Below, in pieces: positions 9,525-18,350 of a stretch of 64,000 bases of DNA (positions are counted from its first letter, which is position 1; each line of letters starts with the position of its first letter). Below the pieces are notes generated by a model. That model worked only from the letters and a program-made list of their open reading frames with translations. It searched no databases and had not been told where the DNA came from. Origin of the DNA: Tepidisphaera sp. (GTDB taxonomy: Bacteria; Planctomycetota; Phycisphaerae; Phycisphaerales; UBA1924); the NCBI GenBank assembly GCA_050916045.1, contig CP051526.1, positions 1,376,001 to 1,440,000 on the forward strand, in the 5' to 3' direction. The position numbers and the translations under genes were made by a program.

Positions 9525-11442
9525 GCGGGGCTCCTTCGGCGGGCGCGGGGAGGGTGTTGAGTGGCGCGAGGCCGGTGAGCGTTCCGCTGAGCCCGCCGTG
9601 GAGGCCGCTTCCGAGGCCCTGATTTTCGGCGAGGGAGCGGTAGAGGGAGCATCGTTCGAGGAGGTCGGCGTGTCGGCCGACATCGACGATGCGTCCGGCT
9701 TCCATGACGACGATGCGGTCGGCGGCGAGAACGGTGCTGAGGCGGTGGGCGACGATGAGGCAGGTGCGTCCGCGCTTGAATTCGGCGAGCGCTTCGGCGA
9801 TGCGTGCTTCGCTTTCGGCGTCGATCATGCTGGTGGCTTCGTCAAGGATGAGGATGCGCGGGTCGCGGAGGATGGCGCGGGCGATGGCGAGGCGTTGGCG
9901 CTGTCCGCCGGACATGCTGAGTCCTTGTTCGGCGACGAACTCGGCGTAGGCGCCGGGCTTGGCGGCGATGAACTCGTGGGCGCGGGCGCTCCTGGCGGCG
10001 GCTTGGATTTGTTCCAGGGTGGCGGCTTCCATGCCGTAGGCGATGTTCTCGGCGATGGTGCCGCGGAAGAGGACGGTTTCCTGGGTGACGACACCGATTT
10101 GTTTGCGCAGGCTTTCGACGGAGAATTTGCGGATGTCGACATCGTCGATGAGGACCTCGCCGGCGGCGGGGTCGAAGATGCGTGGGATGAGGGAGAGGAG
10201 GGTGGTTTTGCCGCAGCCGTTGGGTCCGACGAACGCGACGGTCTCGCCGAACTTGACGGTGAGGGAGACGCCAGCGAGCGCGGGGGCGCTCGCGCCCGGG
10301 TAGGTGAGGTGGACGTCGCGGAACTCGATCGAGGCGCCGTGGGTCGGCATGGCGGGCAGGCCGGGCTCGTGGCCGGGTTCGGAGATGGCGGATTCGAGCT
10401 CCCAGAGGCGGTCGGCGGCGGCGGAGCTTTGCTGAATGTCGTTGACGAGCCCGGTGAGGGGCCTGAGGGAGGCTCCGGCCATTCCGAGGGCGCCGAGGAC
10501 GACGATCATGGTTTCCTTGTCGAGCTTGCCGTCGAAGATGGCTTTGATCGCGACGAGCGCCATGACGCCGACGGCGATGATGGCGATGACCTCGACGAGG
10601 GGGCTTGCGAGGGCGCGGGCGGTGCGGACCTTGTTGAGCTCGCGGAGGAAGTGGCGGTTGGAGTCGTCGAAGACGCCGAGCTGCCTGGATTCGGTGGTGT
10701 GGACCTTGACGACGCGGAAGCCCTGGAGGCTTTCGAGAGCGGTGCGTGAGACGTCGGCTTGGTGTTCGAGGACGCGGCGTGTCGCTCGGCGGATGCGTGA
10801 GCCGAGTTTGCGGATGACGATGGCGATGAGCGGGAAGACGACGAGGGCGACGATGGAGATGCGCCAATCGAGCGTGAAAGCGACGATGATGGCGACGAGG
10901 CCTTTGGTGGAGTCGGCGACGGCTTTGCTCAGGAGTGTCGAAAAGCCGGTGGAGAGGTTCCACGAGTCGACGATGATGCGGTTGACGACGTCGGTGGGGC
11001 CGGTTTTGACGACGCCGAGGAGCGGAAGGCGGAGGACGCGGCCGAAGACGTCGCGGCGGATGTCGGCGAGGCTTCGGTTGACGACGGTGAGGGAGAGGAA
11101 GACGTGTCCGAAGTTGGCGACGGCGCCGATGATGGTGAGGAGGCCCAGAAGGGAGAAGAGGAGGACGGGCGCGGTCATCTTGCCGTCGGGGAGGGACTGG
11201 GCGAGGCTTTCGGGGATCTGGATGCCCCAGGCGGAGAGTTTCTGGTTCCAGCCTGCGACGGCCTGGGTGAAGGTGGCGGGGGCGGGGTTGTCCTTGTCAC
11301 CCAGGACGAGTTCGAGGATGGGCTTGAGCCCGAGGAGGCCGGCACCGAGGGAGCCAGCGGAGAGGAGCGCGAGGGTCATGGCCCCGGCGAGCGTGCCGGG
11401 GTAGCGGACCATCCTTGATGCGTAGTGCCAGAACGGACGCAT
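9517..11442 (-). CDS. ABC exporter, fused permease/ATPase (MsbA-like)
   Basis: N-terminal TM domain; GPNGCGKT, MSGGQRQR, ILDEATS, AHRLST. Confidence 0.92.
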   Translation of the reverse strand: MRPFWHYASRMVRYPGTLAGAMTLALLSAGSLGAGLLGLKPILELVLGDKDNPAPATFTQAVAGWNQKLSAWGIQIPESLAQSLPDGKMTAPVLLFSLLGLLTIIGAVANFGHVFLSLTVVNRSLADIRRDVFGRVLRLPLLGVVKTGPTDVVNRIIVDSWNLSTGFSTLLSKAVADSTKGLVAIIVAFTLDWRISIVALVVFPLIAIVIRKLGSRIRRATRRVLEHQADVSRTALESLQGFRVVKVHTTESRQLGVFDDSNRHFLRELNKVRTARALASPLVEVIAIIAVGVMALVAIKAIFDGKLDKETMIVVLGALGMAGASLRPLTGLVNDIQQSSAAADRLWELESAISEPGHEPGLPAMPTHGASIEFRDVHLTYPGASAPALAGVSLTVKFGETVAFVGPNGCGKTTLLSLIPRIFDPAAGEVLIDDVDIRKFSVESLRKQIGVVTQETVLFRGTIAENIAYGMEAATLEQIQAAARSARAHEFIAAKPGAYAEFVAEQGLSMSGGQRQRLAIARAILRDPRILILDEATSMIDAESEARIAEALAEFKRGRTCLIVAHRLSTVLAADRIVVMEAGRIVDVGRHADLLERCSLYRSLAENQGLGSGLHGGLSGTLTGLAPLNTLPAPAEGAPLA

Positions 11443-11451
11443 GGACCTCCA

Positions 11452-11946
11452 TCATTGGCTGATCGCGGGGGGCTCGCTTGCGGCGGCGATTTCGGTGAGG
11501 AGGGCGCGCCACTCGGCGTAGCGGTACTCGAGGTGGTGGGCGTCGTGGAGGGCGCGGATCTGGGCGAGGCCGTGCTCACTGAGCTTGTGCTGCCAATCCT
11601 GAGCGGAGCGGTCGCAGAAGTAGACGCGGCAGCCGAGGGGCTTGATGGTGTGGGCGGTGCAGAGGTTGGCGGATTGGAAGGGGCAGGGGTCGCCGCGGCC
11701 GGAGGGGGGGATCATGGCGGAGGGGTGATTTTCGCCGTGCCGGACGACGGAGTACGCGGCTTCGAGGCCGGTGACGTAGAGGAGGTGGCCGGAAGCTTCG
11801 AAGTTGCAGCAGCGACCGCTGGCCCAGCAGGCGGGGCTTCGGGCTTCGATGTGGGATGCGATGTCGGCGTAAATGGCTTCGAGGTCGGCGCGGATCCGCG
11901 GGTCGCGGGCGGCGCCGAGCCAAGCCTGGATGGGGTCCGGTGACAT
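11452..11946 (-). CDS. YkgJ/FliB-type cysteine-cluster protein
   Basis: CWASGRCC, CPF....C.AH..KP.GCR.YFC. Confidence 0.75.
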   Translation of the reverse strand: MSPDPIQAWLGAARDPRIRADLEAIYADIASHIEARSPACWASGRCCNFEASGHLLYVTGLEAAYSVVRHGENHPSAMIPPSGRGDPCPFQSANLCTAHTIKPLGCRVYFCDRSAQDWQHKLSEHGLAQIRALHDAHHLEYRYAEWRALLTEIAAASEPPAISQ

Positions 11947-11959
11947 GGAGGGGCTTGCG

Positions 11960-12559
11960 TCAGGTGGAGGAGCGATCGACGATCGCGTACTGCTCGCGTT
12001 CGCCGCGGCCGCGGACCGGGTAGTCCTTGCGGAGCGGGTGGGCGGGGTAGTCCTCCCAGGTCAGGATGCGGCGCAGGTCCGGGTGGTTGCGGAAGCGGAT
12101 GCCGTACATGTCGAAGACCTCGCGTTCGGGCCATTCGGCGCCGGGCCAGAGGTCGCACGCGGAGTCGACGTAAAGAGCAGGGTCCTCGACGATGCCGTCG
12201 GTGGGGAGCGAGGGGTTGAGGTAGGTCTTGACGAAGAAGCGTTCATCGCGGCTGAAGCAGAGGAGGTTGTAGACGACGGCGAAGCGGCCCGGCTGGGGCG
12301 AGGGGTATTCGAGGTAGTCGAGGCCGACGACGTCGGAGAGGAACTCGTACGCGCACTCGTTCTTGAGGAAGGCGAGCACGGCGTGGAGGTCGGCTGGTTC
12401 GACGATGACGGTGGAGACGCCGCGGAAATCGGTGCCGCGGAACTTCTTGCCCGCGAAGGCGGTCTTGAGGCGGGCGAACATCGGGTGGTCGAGCGTCGGG
12501 ACCGGGGCGGGGGTGCCGTAGGCGGTCGACGGGGTGTTCGAGGGAGGGGTCGTCGTCAT
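11960..12559 (-). CDS. nuoC: NADH-quinone oxidoreductase subunit C
   Basis: WPGAEWPEREVFDMYGIRF.NHPDLRRIL....HPLRKDYP. Confidence 0.95.
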   Translation of the reverse strand: MTTTPPSNTPSTAYGTPAPVPTLDHPMFARLKTAFAGKKFRGTDFRGVSTVIVEPADLHAVLAFLKNECAYEFLSDVVGLDYLEYPSPQPGRFAVVYNLLCFSRDERFFVKTYLNPSLPTDGIVEDPALYVDSACDLWPGAEWPEREVFDMYGIRFRNHPDLRRILTWEDYPAHPLRKDYPVRGRGEREQYAIVDRSST

Positions 12560-12601
12560 GGCGGAACGGTAGCACCGGGGTCGTGGGTTGTGCGGTCGGC
12601 G

Positions 12602-13201
12602 TCAGGTCAGGCCGAGGAGCCAGTCGGCCCGGTTGTGGCGGTCGATGATGAGCGGCCAGGCGGATCGGCGGACGGTGGTCATCGCGTGCCGCCAGGCGGG
12701 TTCCTTGATGAGGCCGGTGCCGGCGGGGGCGAACTCGCCCGGGCCGGAGAGATCTTCGAGGATGATGCCGCGGACGGCGGGGTGGCTTTCGAAGGCCGAG
12801 AGGATGCGGATGAGGTGGTCCGAGGCGTGGGGGAGCATCGCGGGGGCGATGAGGTCGGCGGGGGCGAGGAGGAGCTCGACGCGGGACTCGAAGCGGCGGA
12901 GGAGGCCGAGGGTGGTGGGGACGTCGGAGAGGACGGAGTCGGCGGCGGGGCGGAGGCACAGGGTGGAGGCAGGGGGGAGGGAAGCCAGGGCACGGTCGAG
13001 GGCGGCGTCGAGGTCGGGCATGGCGCTGCCCATCCGGAGCTTCCAGAGGGCGGACTCGTCGGCTTCATCGCGGAGGGGGGCACCTGGCGAGGCGATGCAG
13101 CGGCCGGGGAGCCATGAACGCGGAGATTCGGGGAGGATGGGGGGGACGAGATTTCCGAAGACGCTTCCGTCGGCGGCGAGGAGCGTGTCAATCCGTGGCA
13201 T
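12602..13201 (-). CDS. Hypothetical protein
   Basis: 199-aa ORF co-oriented with nuoC with host-like codon usage; no recognisable motif. Confidence 0.55.
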   Translation of the reverse strand: MPRIDTLLAADGSVFGNLVPPILPESPRSWLPGRCIASPGAPLRDEADESALWKLRMGSAMPDLDAALDRALASLPPASTLCLRPAADSVLSDVPTTLGLLRRFESRVELLLAPADLIAPAMLPHASDHLIRILSAFESHPAVRGIILEDLSGPGEFAPAGTGLIKEPAWRHAMTTVRRSAWPLIIDRHNRADWLLGLT

Positions 13202-13389
13202 GGGCGGAGGTTACGCGCGGCGAGGGGAGTTGAGACGGGTGGTCAAGGAGGAGGGGCTGAACGTCCGATGGTGGTTATACGTTTCATAGGATGGGGGCGG
13301 GCGTCCGATCTCCACCATCCGCACGAAGGTCGGCATCGCCGCGAGGAACCCGGAGGGGCTTGCGTCGGTGAAGATGAAGGATTACCGCG

Positions 13390-13656
13390 ATGAGCATGGT
13401 GTCTCTGTACGATGAAGCTGATCTGCGGGAGTCCGCCAAGCCGGAGGTGCCGGCGTTCTCGCGGTCGCAGCTCATCCGCGAGATCTTGGCGATCAACACG
13501 ACGGTGGATCCCTTGTTCCTGGATGGGTTCAGCGAGAAGCGGCTGAAGTCGTACCGGGACCACTTGGTGTGGTCTCAGGAGCCGCGGCAGGGATCGTCTC
13601 CTTGGAGCGATCCGGACGCGACGCACTCGATCGGGTACACCGAGCCGGAAGAGTGA
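13390..13656 (+). CDS. Small hypothetical protein
   Basis: 88 aa with protein-like composition, AAGGA upstream, followed by a terminator. Confidence 0.6.
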   Translation: MSMVSLYDEADLRESAKPEVPAFSRSQLIREILAINTTVDPLFLDGFSEKRLKSYRDHLVWSQEPRQGSSPWSDPDATHSIGYTEPEE

Positions 13657-13694
13657 GACGAACGAGACGGGTTGACGTGCCTCGATGAGCCACG

Positions 13695-13752
13695 AAAACC
13701 GGCTGTGGTCAGGGAGCCCGTGGTGGGGTTCCTTGCTGCGGCCGGTTTTTTT
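13695..13752 (+). terminator. Long G-U-rich hairpin terminator
   Basis: AAAACCGGCTGTGGTCAGGGAGCCC ... GGGTTCCTTGCTGCGGCCGGTTTTTTT; ~24-bp stem ending in T7. Confidence 0.75.
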
Positions 13753-13804
13753 ATGCGCGGTGAATGGGTGGTCCCGGCGCGGACGGCGGGCCGATATTCG
13801 GCCC

Positions 13805-15337
13805 ATGAATCGATGGGTGAGCGTTGTTGCGGCGGTCATGGCGGGTGTGGGGATGGCGGCGGCCGCGATGGGGCAGCCGGGGGGGGCGGCGTGGCGTGAC
13901 GCCAAGCCGGAAGAGGTGTCGCCGCCGGCGCCGATGCGCGAGTTTCGCGGGGCGTGGGTCGCGACGGTCGCGAACATCGACTGGCCGACGTCGCGGACGG
14001 CGAGCGTCTCGCAGCAGCGGGCCGAGATGCTCGCGATGCTGGACGCGATGAAAGCGGCGAACTTCAACGCGGTGGTCTTCCAGGTGCGGCCGTCGTGCGA
14101 TGCGTTCTACAAGAGCGAGCTTGAGCCGTGGTCGGAGTTCCTGACCGGGGAGAGCGGGAAAGCGCCGGCGGAGGAGTTTGACCCGCTGGCGGAGTGGATC
14201 AGGGAGGCGCACGCACGGGGGATGGAGCTTCACGCGTGGGTGAACCCGTTCCGGGCGCGGCACTTTGACGCGAAGAAGCCGGATGCGGCGACGCATGTGT
14301 CGCGGACGAAGCCGGAGCTTGTGAAGGCGTACGACCGCTTTTTGTGGCTTGATCCGGGTGAAGCGGAGGCGCAGGAGCACACGTTTCGAGTGATCGCGGA
14401 CATCACGTCGCGTTACGACATCGACGGGCTTCACATCGACGACTACTTCTATCCGTATCCGAAGGGGAGCGAGCCGTTTCCGGATGGGCCGTCGTGGACG
14501 CGGTATAGCGATGACGGGGGGCGGCTGTCGCGGGATGATTGGCGGCGGGACAACATCAACCGGTTTGTGAAGCGGCTTTACGAGACGACGAAAGCGACGA
14601 AGAAGCATGTGAAGGTGGGGATCAGTCCGTTTGGGATCTGGCGGCCGGAGCATCCTGCGGGTGTGAAGGGGATGGATGCGTACGAGAAGCTTTACGCGGA
14701 TGCGAGGCTTTGGCTTCGGGAGGGGTGGCTTGATTACTGCTCGCCGCAGCTTTATTGGCGGGTTGAGGCGCCGCAGCAGCCGTTTGTGCCGCTTCTCAAG
14801 TGGTGGGAGGGAGAGAACGTGAAGGCGCGGTCGATGTGGCCGGGGCTTTATCCGAGCAGGCTGCTGCCGGGAGAGATCGAGAAGAACGCGGGGTGGACGG
14901 GCGAAGAGATTGTGAAGCAGGTGGGGCTGATCCGGGAGTTTGTGAAGCTGGGGCCGGGGTCGGTGCACTTTTCGGCAAAGGCGATCGTGTCGGATGCCGG
15001 GGGCGTGCGGACGGGGCTGGCACGCGGGCCGTTTGCGGCGCCGGCGCTGGTGCCGGCGACGCCGTGGCTTGACGATGTGCCGCCGGCGGCGCCGCTGCTT
15101 TCGGTCGAGGCGGATGCGAAGGGGGGGATCGCGGTGCGGTGGACGATGGCTTCGGCGACGGACGAGGCGTCGCGGGTGTGGGCGGTGGCGGTGAGGGCCG
15201 GGCAGCAGTGGACGACGATCATTGCGCCGGGCGCGGAGCGGAACTTCACCGCGACGGGGACGGGGATTGATGCGGTGGCGATCTGGGCGGTGGACCGCGC
15301 GGGGAACCTGAGCGTGCCAGCGGTGATGGTGCGGTGA
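13805..15337 (+). CDS. Secreted glycoside hydrolase-like 10 (YddW/DigH family)
   Basis: Signal peptide; REFRGAWVATVANIDWP, FQVRP, HAWVNP, YDIDGLHIDDYFYPY, GISPFGIW, PQLYW. Confidence 0.9.
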   Translation: MNRWVSVVAAVMAGVGMAAAAMGQPGGAAWRDAKPEEVSPPAPMREFRGAWVATVANIDWPTSRTASVSQQRAEMLAMLDAMKAANFNAVVFQVRPSCDAFYKSELEPWSEFLTGESGKAPAEEFDPLAEWIREAHARGMELHAWVNPFRARHFDAKKPDAATHVSRTKPELVKAYDRFLWLDPGEAEAQEHTFRVIADITSRYDIDGLHIDDYFYPYPKGSEPFPDGPSWTRYSDDGGRLSRDDWRRDNINRFVKRLYETTKATKKHVKVGISPFGIWRPEHPAGVKGMDAYEKLYADARLWLREGWLDYCSPQLYWRVEAPQQPFVPLLKWWEGENVKARSMWPGLYPSRLLPGEIEKNAGWTGEEIVKQVGLIREFVKLGPGSVHFSAKAIVSDAGGVRTGLARGPFAAPALVPATPWLDDVPPAAPLLSVEADAKGGIAVRWTMASATDEASRVWAVAVRAGQQWTTIIAPGAERNFTATGTGIDAVAIWAVDRAGNLSVPAVMVR

Positions 15338-15343
15338 GCGGGG

Positions 15344-15994
15344 CTACATCACGAACTGGACGAGGGCGTCGCTGGTCTGCCACGCGGCGCGCTGCATGGG
15401 GCGGCTTGCGAACATGTAGAGGACGGCGAAGCCGAAGACCATGACGAACTGGCCTTTTTCGCCGTTGAAGAGGCGGTAGAAGCCTGGGACGAAGTTGCCG
15501 AGGATTCGGGAGCCGTCAAGGGGTGGGACGGGGAAGAGATTGAACATCACGAGGAAGATGTTGAGGCTGAGGCCGGTGTGGAAGAACATGAAGAGGTTGA
15601 AGGTCTTGGAGACGTCGACGGCGCCGCTGCTGACGACTCGGAAGAGGATGGCGACGCCGGCGAGGCAGAAGACGCCGAGGATGACGTTCATGAGGGGGCC
15701 GGCGGCGGCGACGAGGGCGTCGCCGTAGCGGCTTCGGAAGCGGGAGGGGTTGACGGGCATCGCGCCCCAGGCAAAGCCGAAGAGGGCGAACAAGAGGAGG
15801 CTCATGGGACCCATGTGAACGAAGGGGTTCCAGGTCATGTGACCGGCGTCGATGGGGGTGCGGTCTCCCTGCCAGATGGCGGCCCAGCCGTGGCCGAGCT
15901 CGTGGAGGCAGATGGAGAAAATGATCCAGAAGATCCACGTGGCGAGCAGCGCGGGGCTCTGGTTCAGTGTGTCGATGACCCACCAGCCTTGCAT
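15344..15994 (-). CDS. Site-2 protease (peptidase M50)
   Basis: HELGH, AAAGPLMN, FNLFPVPPLDG. Confidence 0.9.
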   Translation of the reverse strand: MQGWWVIDTLNQSPALLATWIFWIIFSICLHELGHGWAAIWQGDRTPIDAGHMTWNPFVHMGPMSLLLFALFGFAWGAMPVNPSRFRSRYGDALVAAAGPLMNVILGVFCLAGVAILFRVVSSGAVDVSKTFNLFMFFHTGLSLNIFLVMFNLFPVPPLDGSRILGNFVPGFYRLFNGEKGQFVMVFGFAVLYMFASRPMQRAAWQTSDALVQFVM

Positions 15995-16063
15995 CGGTCT
16001 CCTTTCGCGAGAGGTGACGGAGGTTAGGAGGGCCGGGGGCGCGTGATCGTGTATGCTCCCGGC

Positions 16064-17695
16064 ATGACGATGCTCGCCAAGGATGGCTCGCTCGCGGCGC
16101 TGGATTGGGTGGTGCTCGCGGGGTACTTCGCGCTTCTGGCGGGGTCGGGGGCGTATTTCGCGTGGCGGGCGAAGAGGCGGCACGTGGAGAGCGCGGGAGC
16201 GTACTTCACGTCGGACCAGGCGATGCCGGTGTGGGCGGTGGCGGTGTCGATCCTCGCGACGGCGCAGTCGGCGGCGACGTTTACGGGAGCCCCGGAGCAA
16301 TCGTATCTGGGAAACCTCGCGTACCTAGCAACGAACCTCGGTGGCTTGATCGCGGCGGTGATTCTCGCGTGGGTGTTCATCCCGGCGTACTACAAGCGGA
16401 ACGTGACGACGCCATACCAGCTGCTTGAGCAGCGATTCGGGCCGGGGGCGAAGCTTGCGGCGAGCTGGACGTACATGTTCGGTCGAGTTTTCGCGAGCGG
16501 GTCGCGGGTCTTCGTCGGGGCGGTGCCGGTGTCGATCGCGATGTACGGGGATGCGGAAGCGGGGCACCTGGCGGTCGCGATCGCGGCGTTCATGGCGTTC
16601 GGCGTGGTGTACACGCTCGCGGGCGGGATCACGAGCGTGATCTGGACGGATGTGCTCCAGGTCGCGGTGTATCTGGGAGCGGCGGCGGTGGTGGTGGCGC
16701 TGCTTGTTGGCAAGATCACGGCGCCGTGGAGCGAGGTGTACGAGGCGCTCAGCACCGGGGGGCCGGGGGGGACGTCGAAGCTGACGCTGTTTCCGAGCGG
16801 GTTTCGGGCGGATGGGTCGTTTGACTGGGGGTCGGGGATCAACATCTTCACGATCCTGACGGGGTTTGTGCTCATCACGCTCGCGAGCCACGGGACGGAT
16901 CAGGACCTAGTGCAGCGCATGCTGACGTGCAAGTCGGCGCGGAAGGGGAGCTGGTCGGTGATTTCGGGGCAGCTGGTGGGGATTCCGGCGGTGGCGCTGT
17001 TCATGGTGCTGGGGATGTTGCTTTGGGTGTACTACCAGCGGCCGGAGCTGATGGGCGGGGTTGCGGCGGAAGCGGCGCCGGGGAAGGGGAGCGAGGTGGT
17101 GCTGCGGTACATTCTCAATGAGCTTGGAGCGACGGGGTGGGGCGTGGCGGGGCTGATGATCGCGGGGGTGATGGCGGCGGGGCCGGCGGGGATCAACTCG
17201 GGCCTCAACTCGATGGCGAGCACGTTCGTGACGGACGTGTACCGGCCTGCGAAGCCGGGGCGGAGCGAGGAGCACTATGTGCGGGTGTCGCGGCTCGCGG
17301 TGGTGGCGTGGGGAATCGTGCTCGGGGCGTTTGCGATGCTCTGCATTCACTGGTTCAAAGCGTCGAAGTCGACGATCATTGATTTCGTGCTCAGCGTGAT
17401 GAACTTCGCGTACGCGGGGCTTCTGGGTGTGTTCCTGACGGCGCTGTTCACGAAGCGCGGGAGCACGGCCTCGGCGATCGCGGCGCTGGTGGCGGGGGCG
17501 GTGACGGTGCTCGCCCTGCGTCCGGAACTCTGGAGCTGGGTGCTTGCAATCAGGACCGAGAATGCGGATGCGGAGCTCGCATTCAAGCTGGCGGGGCCTT
17601 GGCAGCTGGTCGCGGGGACGGTGGTGGCGGTGGGGGTGTGCTGCGTGGGGAAACGAGTGGAGCGGAGCGTCAATCCTGATCCCAGTAGCCCTTGA
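16064..17695 (+). CDS. Sodium:solute symporter family protein
   Basis: ~13 TM segments; GG...VIWTDVLQ, GTDQDLVQR.L motifs. Confidence 0.88.
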   Translation: MTMLAKDGSLAALDWVVLAGYFALLAGSGAYFAWRAKRRHVESAGAYFTSDQAMPVWAVAVSILATAQSAATFTGAPEQSYLGNLAYLATNLGGLIAAVILAWVFIPAYYKRNVTTPYQLLEQRFGPGAKLAASWTYMFGRVFASGSRVFVGAVPVSIAMYGDAEAGHLAVAIAAFMAFGVVYTLAGGITSVIWTDVLQVAVYLGAAAVVVALLVGKITAPWSEVYEALSTGGPGGTSKLTLFPSGFRADGSFDWGSGINIFTILTGFVLITLASHGTDQDLVQRMLTCKSARKGSWSVISGQLVGIPAVALFMVLGMLLWVYYQRPELMGGVAAEAAPGKGSEVVLRYILNELGATGWGVAGLMIAGVMAAGPAGINSGLNSMASTFVTDVYRPAKPGRSEEHYVRVSRLAVVAWGIVLGAFAMLCIHWFKASKSTIIDFVLSVMNFAYAGLLGVFLTALFTKRGSTASAIAALVAGAVTVLALRPELWSWVLAIRTENADAELAFKLAGPWQLVAGTVVAVGVCCVGKRVERSVNPDPSSP

Positions 17696-18206
17696 GCTTG
17701 CGGCAGAGCTGGCATTGGAAGACGTAGACGCAGGGGCTTTCTTCGCGAGTGACGGCTTTGATGAAGTCGTCGATGTTCTCGTTGGGCCACTTGCCGATGC
17801 CGTCGAGGGTGGGGATGACATCGGCCCAGTGCGTGCGAAGTTCGGGCCCATCGGCACGGCCCAGATAGAGGCAGGGCTTGTCGCAGCACAGGAGCCAGTG
17901 GTTGCCCTGCCAACTCAGGTATCCGGGGGTTCGTTGTTTGAGGAGGGCTTTGTCTTCCGGAGTCAGTCGTTGGTACTCACCGCTCGCGCACTGAACGCGC
18001 ATGATAAAGCCGAAGCCCGCTGCGGCGGCGGATCCGTCGGCGATGCACCACGGGCAGCAGGGTGAGCGGTCGCCCTTGCCGTAGAGCTCGGCGGTGTAGA
18101 GCATGCCGCGGGCTTGGCCGCAGACGGAGCAGGGCTTGGAGGACTTTTCGAAGACCTTCTCGCGGAGGGGGTCGGGGAAGAGGGGGAAGGTGGGGAGGGG
18201 GTGCAT
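17670..18206 (-). CDS. CbrC/UPF0167-family protein
   Basis: LPTF...PDP, CSVCG...Y, CPWCIADGSAA, RTPGY.SWQ...W..CC, YVFQC..C. Confidence 0.8.
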   Translation of the reverse strand: MHPLPTFPLFPDPLREKVFEKSSKPCSVCGQARGMLYTAELYGKGDRSPCCPWCIADGSAAAAGFGFIMRVQCASGEYQRLTPEDKALLKQRTPGYLSWQGNHWLLCCDKPCLYLGRADGPELRTHWADVIPTLDGIGKWPNENIDDFIKAVTREESPCVYVFQCQLCRKLKGYWDQD

Positions 18207-18214
18207 GGGGGGGA

Positions 18215-18346
18215 GTTGAGAGCTTGAATTTGAAATTTTAGATTTCAAATTTCAAATTTCGAATTTGGAATATGGAATATGGAATTTGGAATCTCAAATT
18301 CTAGATCTCAAATTTCAAACTGCAAAGCCCAAATTTCAAAGCTGAA
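18215..18346. repeat. AT-rich heptamer tandem tract (~18 degenerate units)
   Basis: Minus strand reads tttgaaa tttgggc tttgcag tttgaaa tttgaga tctagaa tttgaga ttccaaa ttccata ttccata ttccaaa ttcgaaa tttgaaa tttgaaa tctaaaa tttcaaa; fills the gap between rnr and the CbrC-like gene. Confidence 0.85.
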
Positions 18347-18350
18347 CCCA

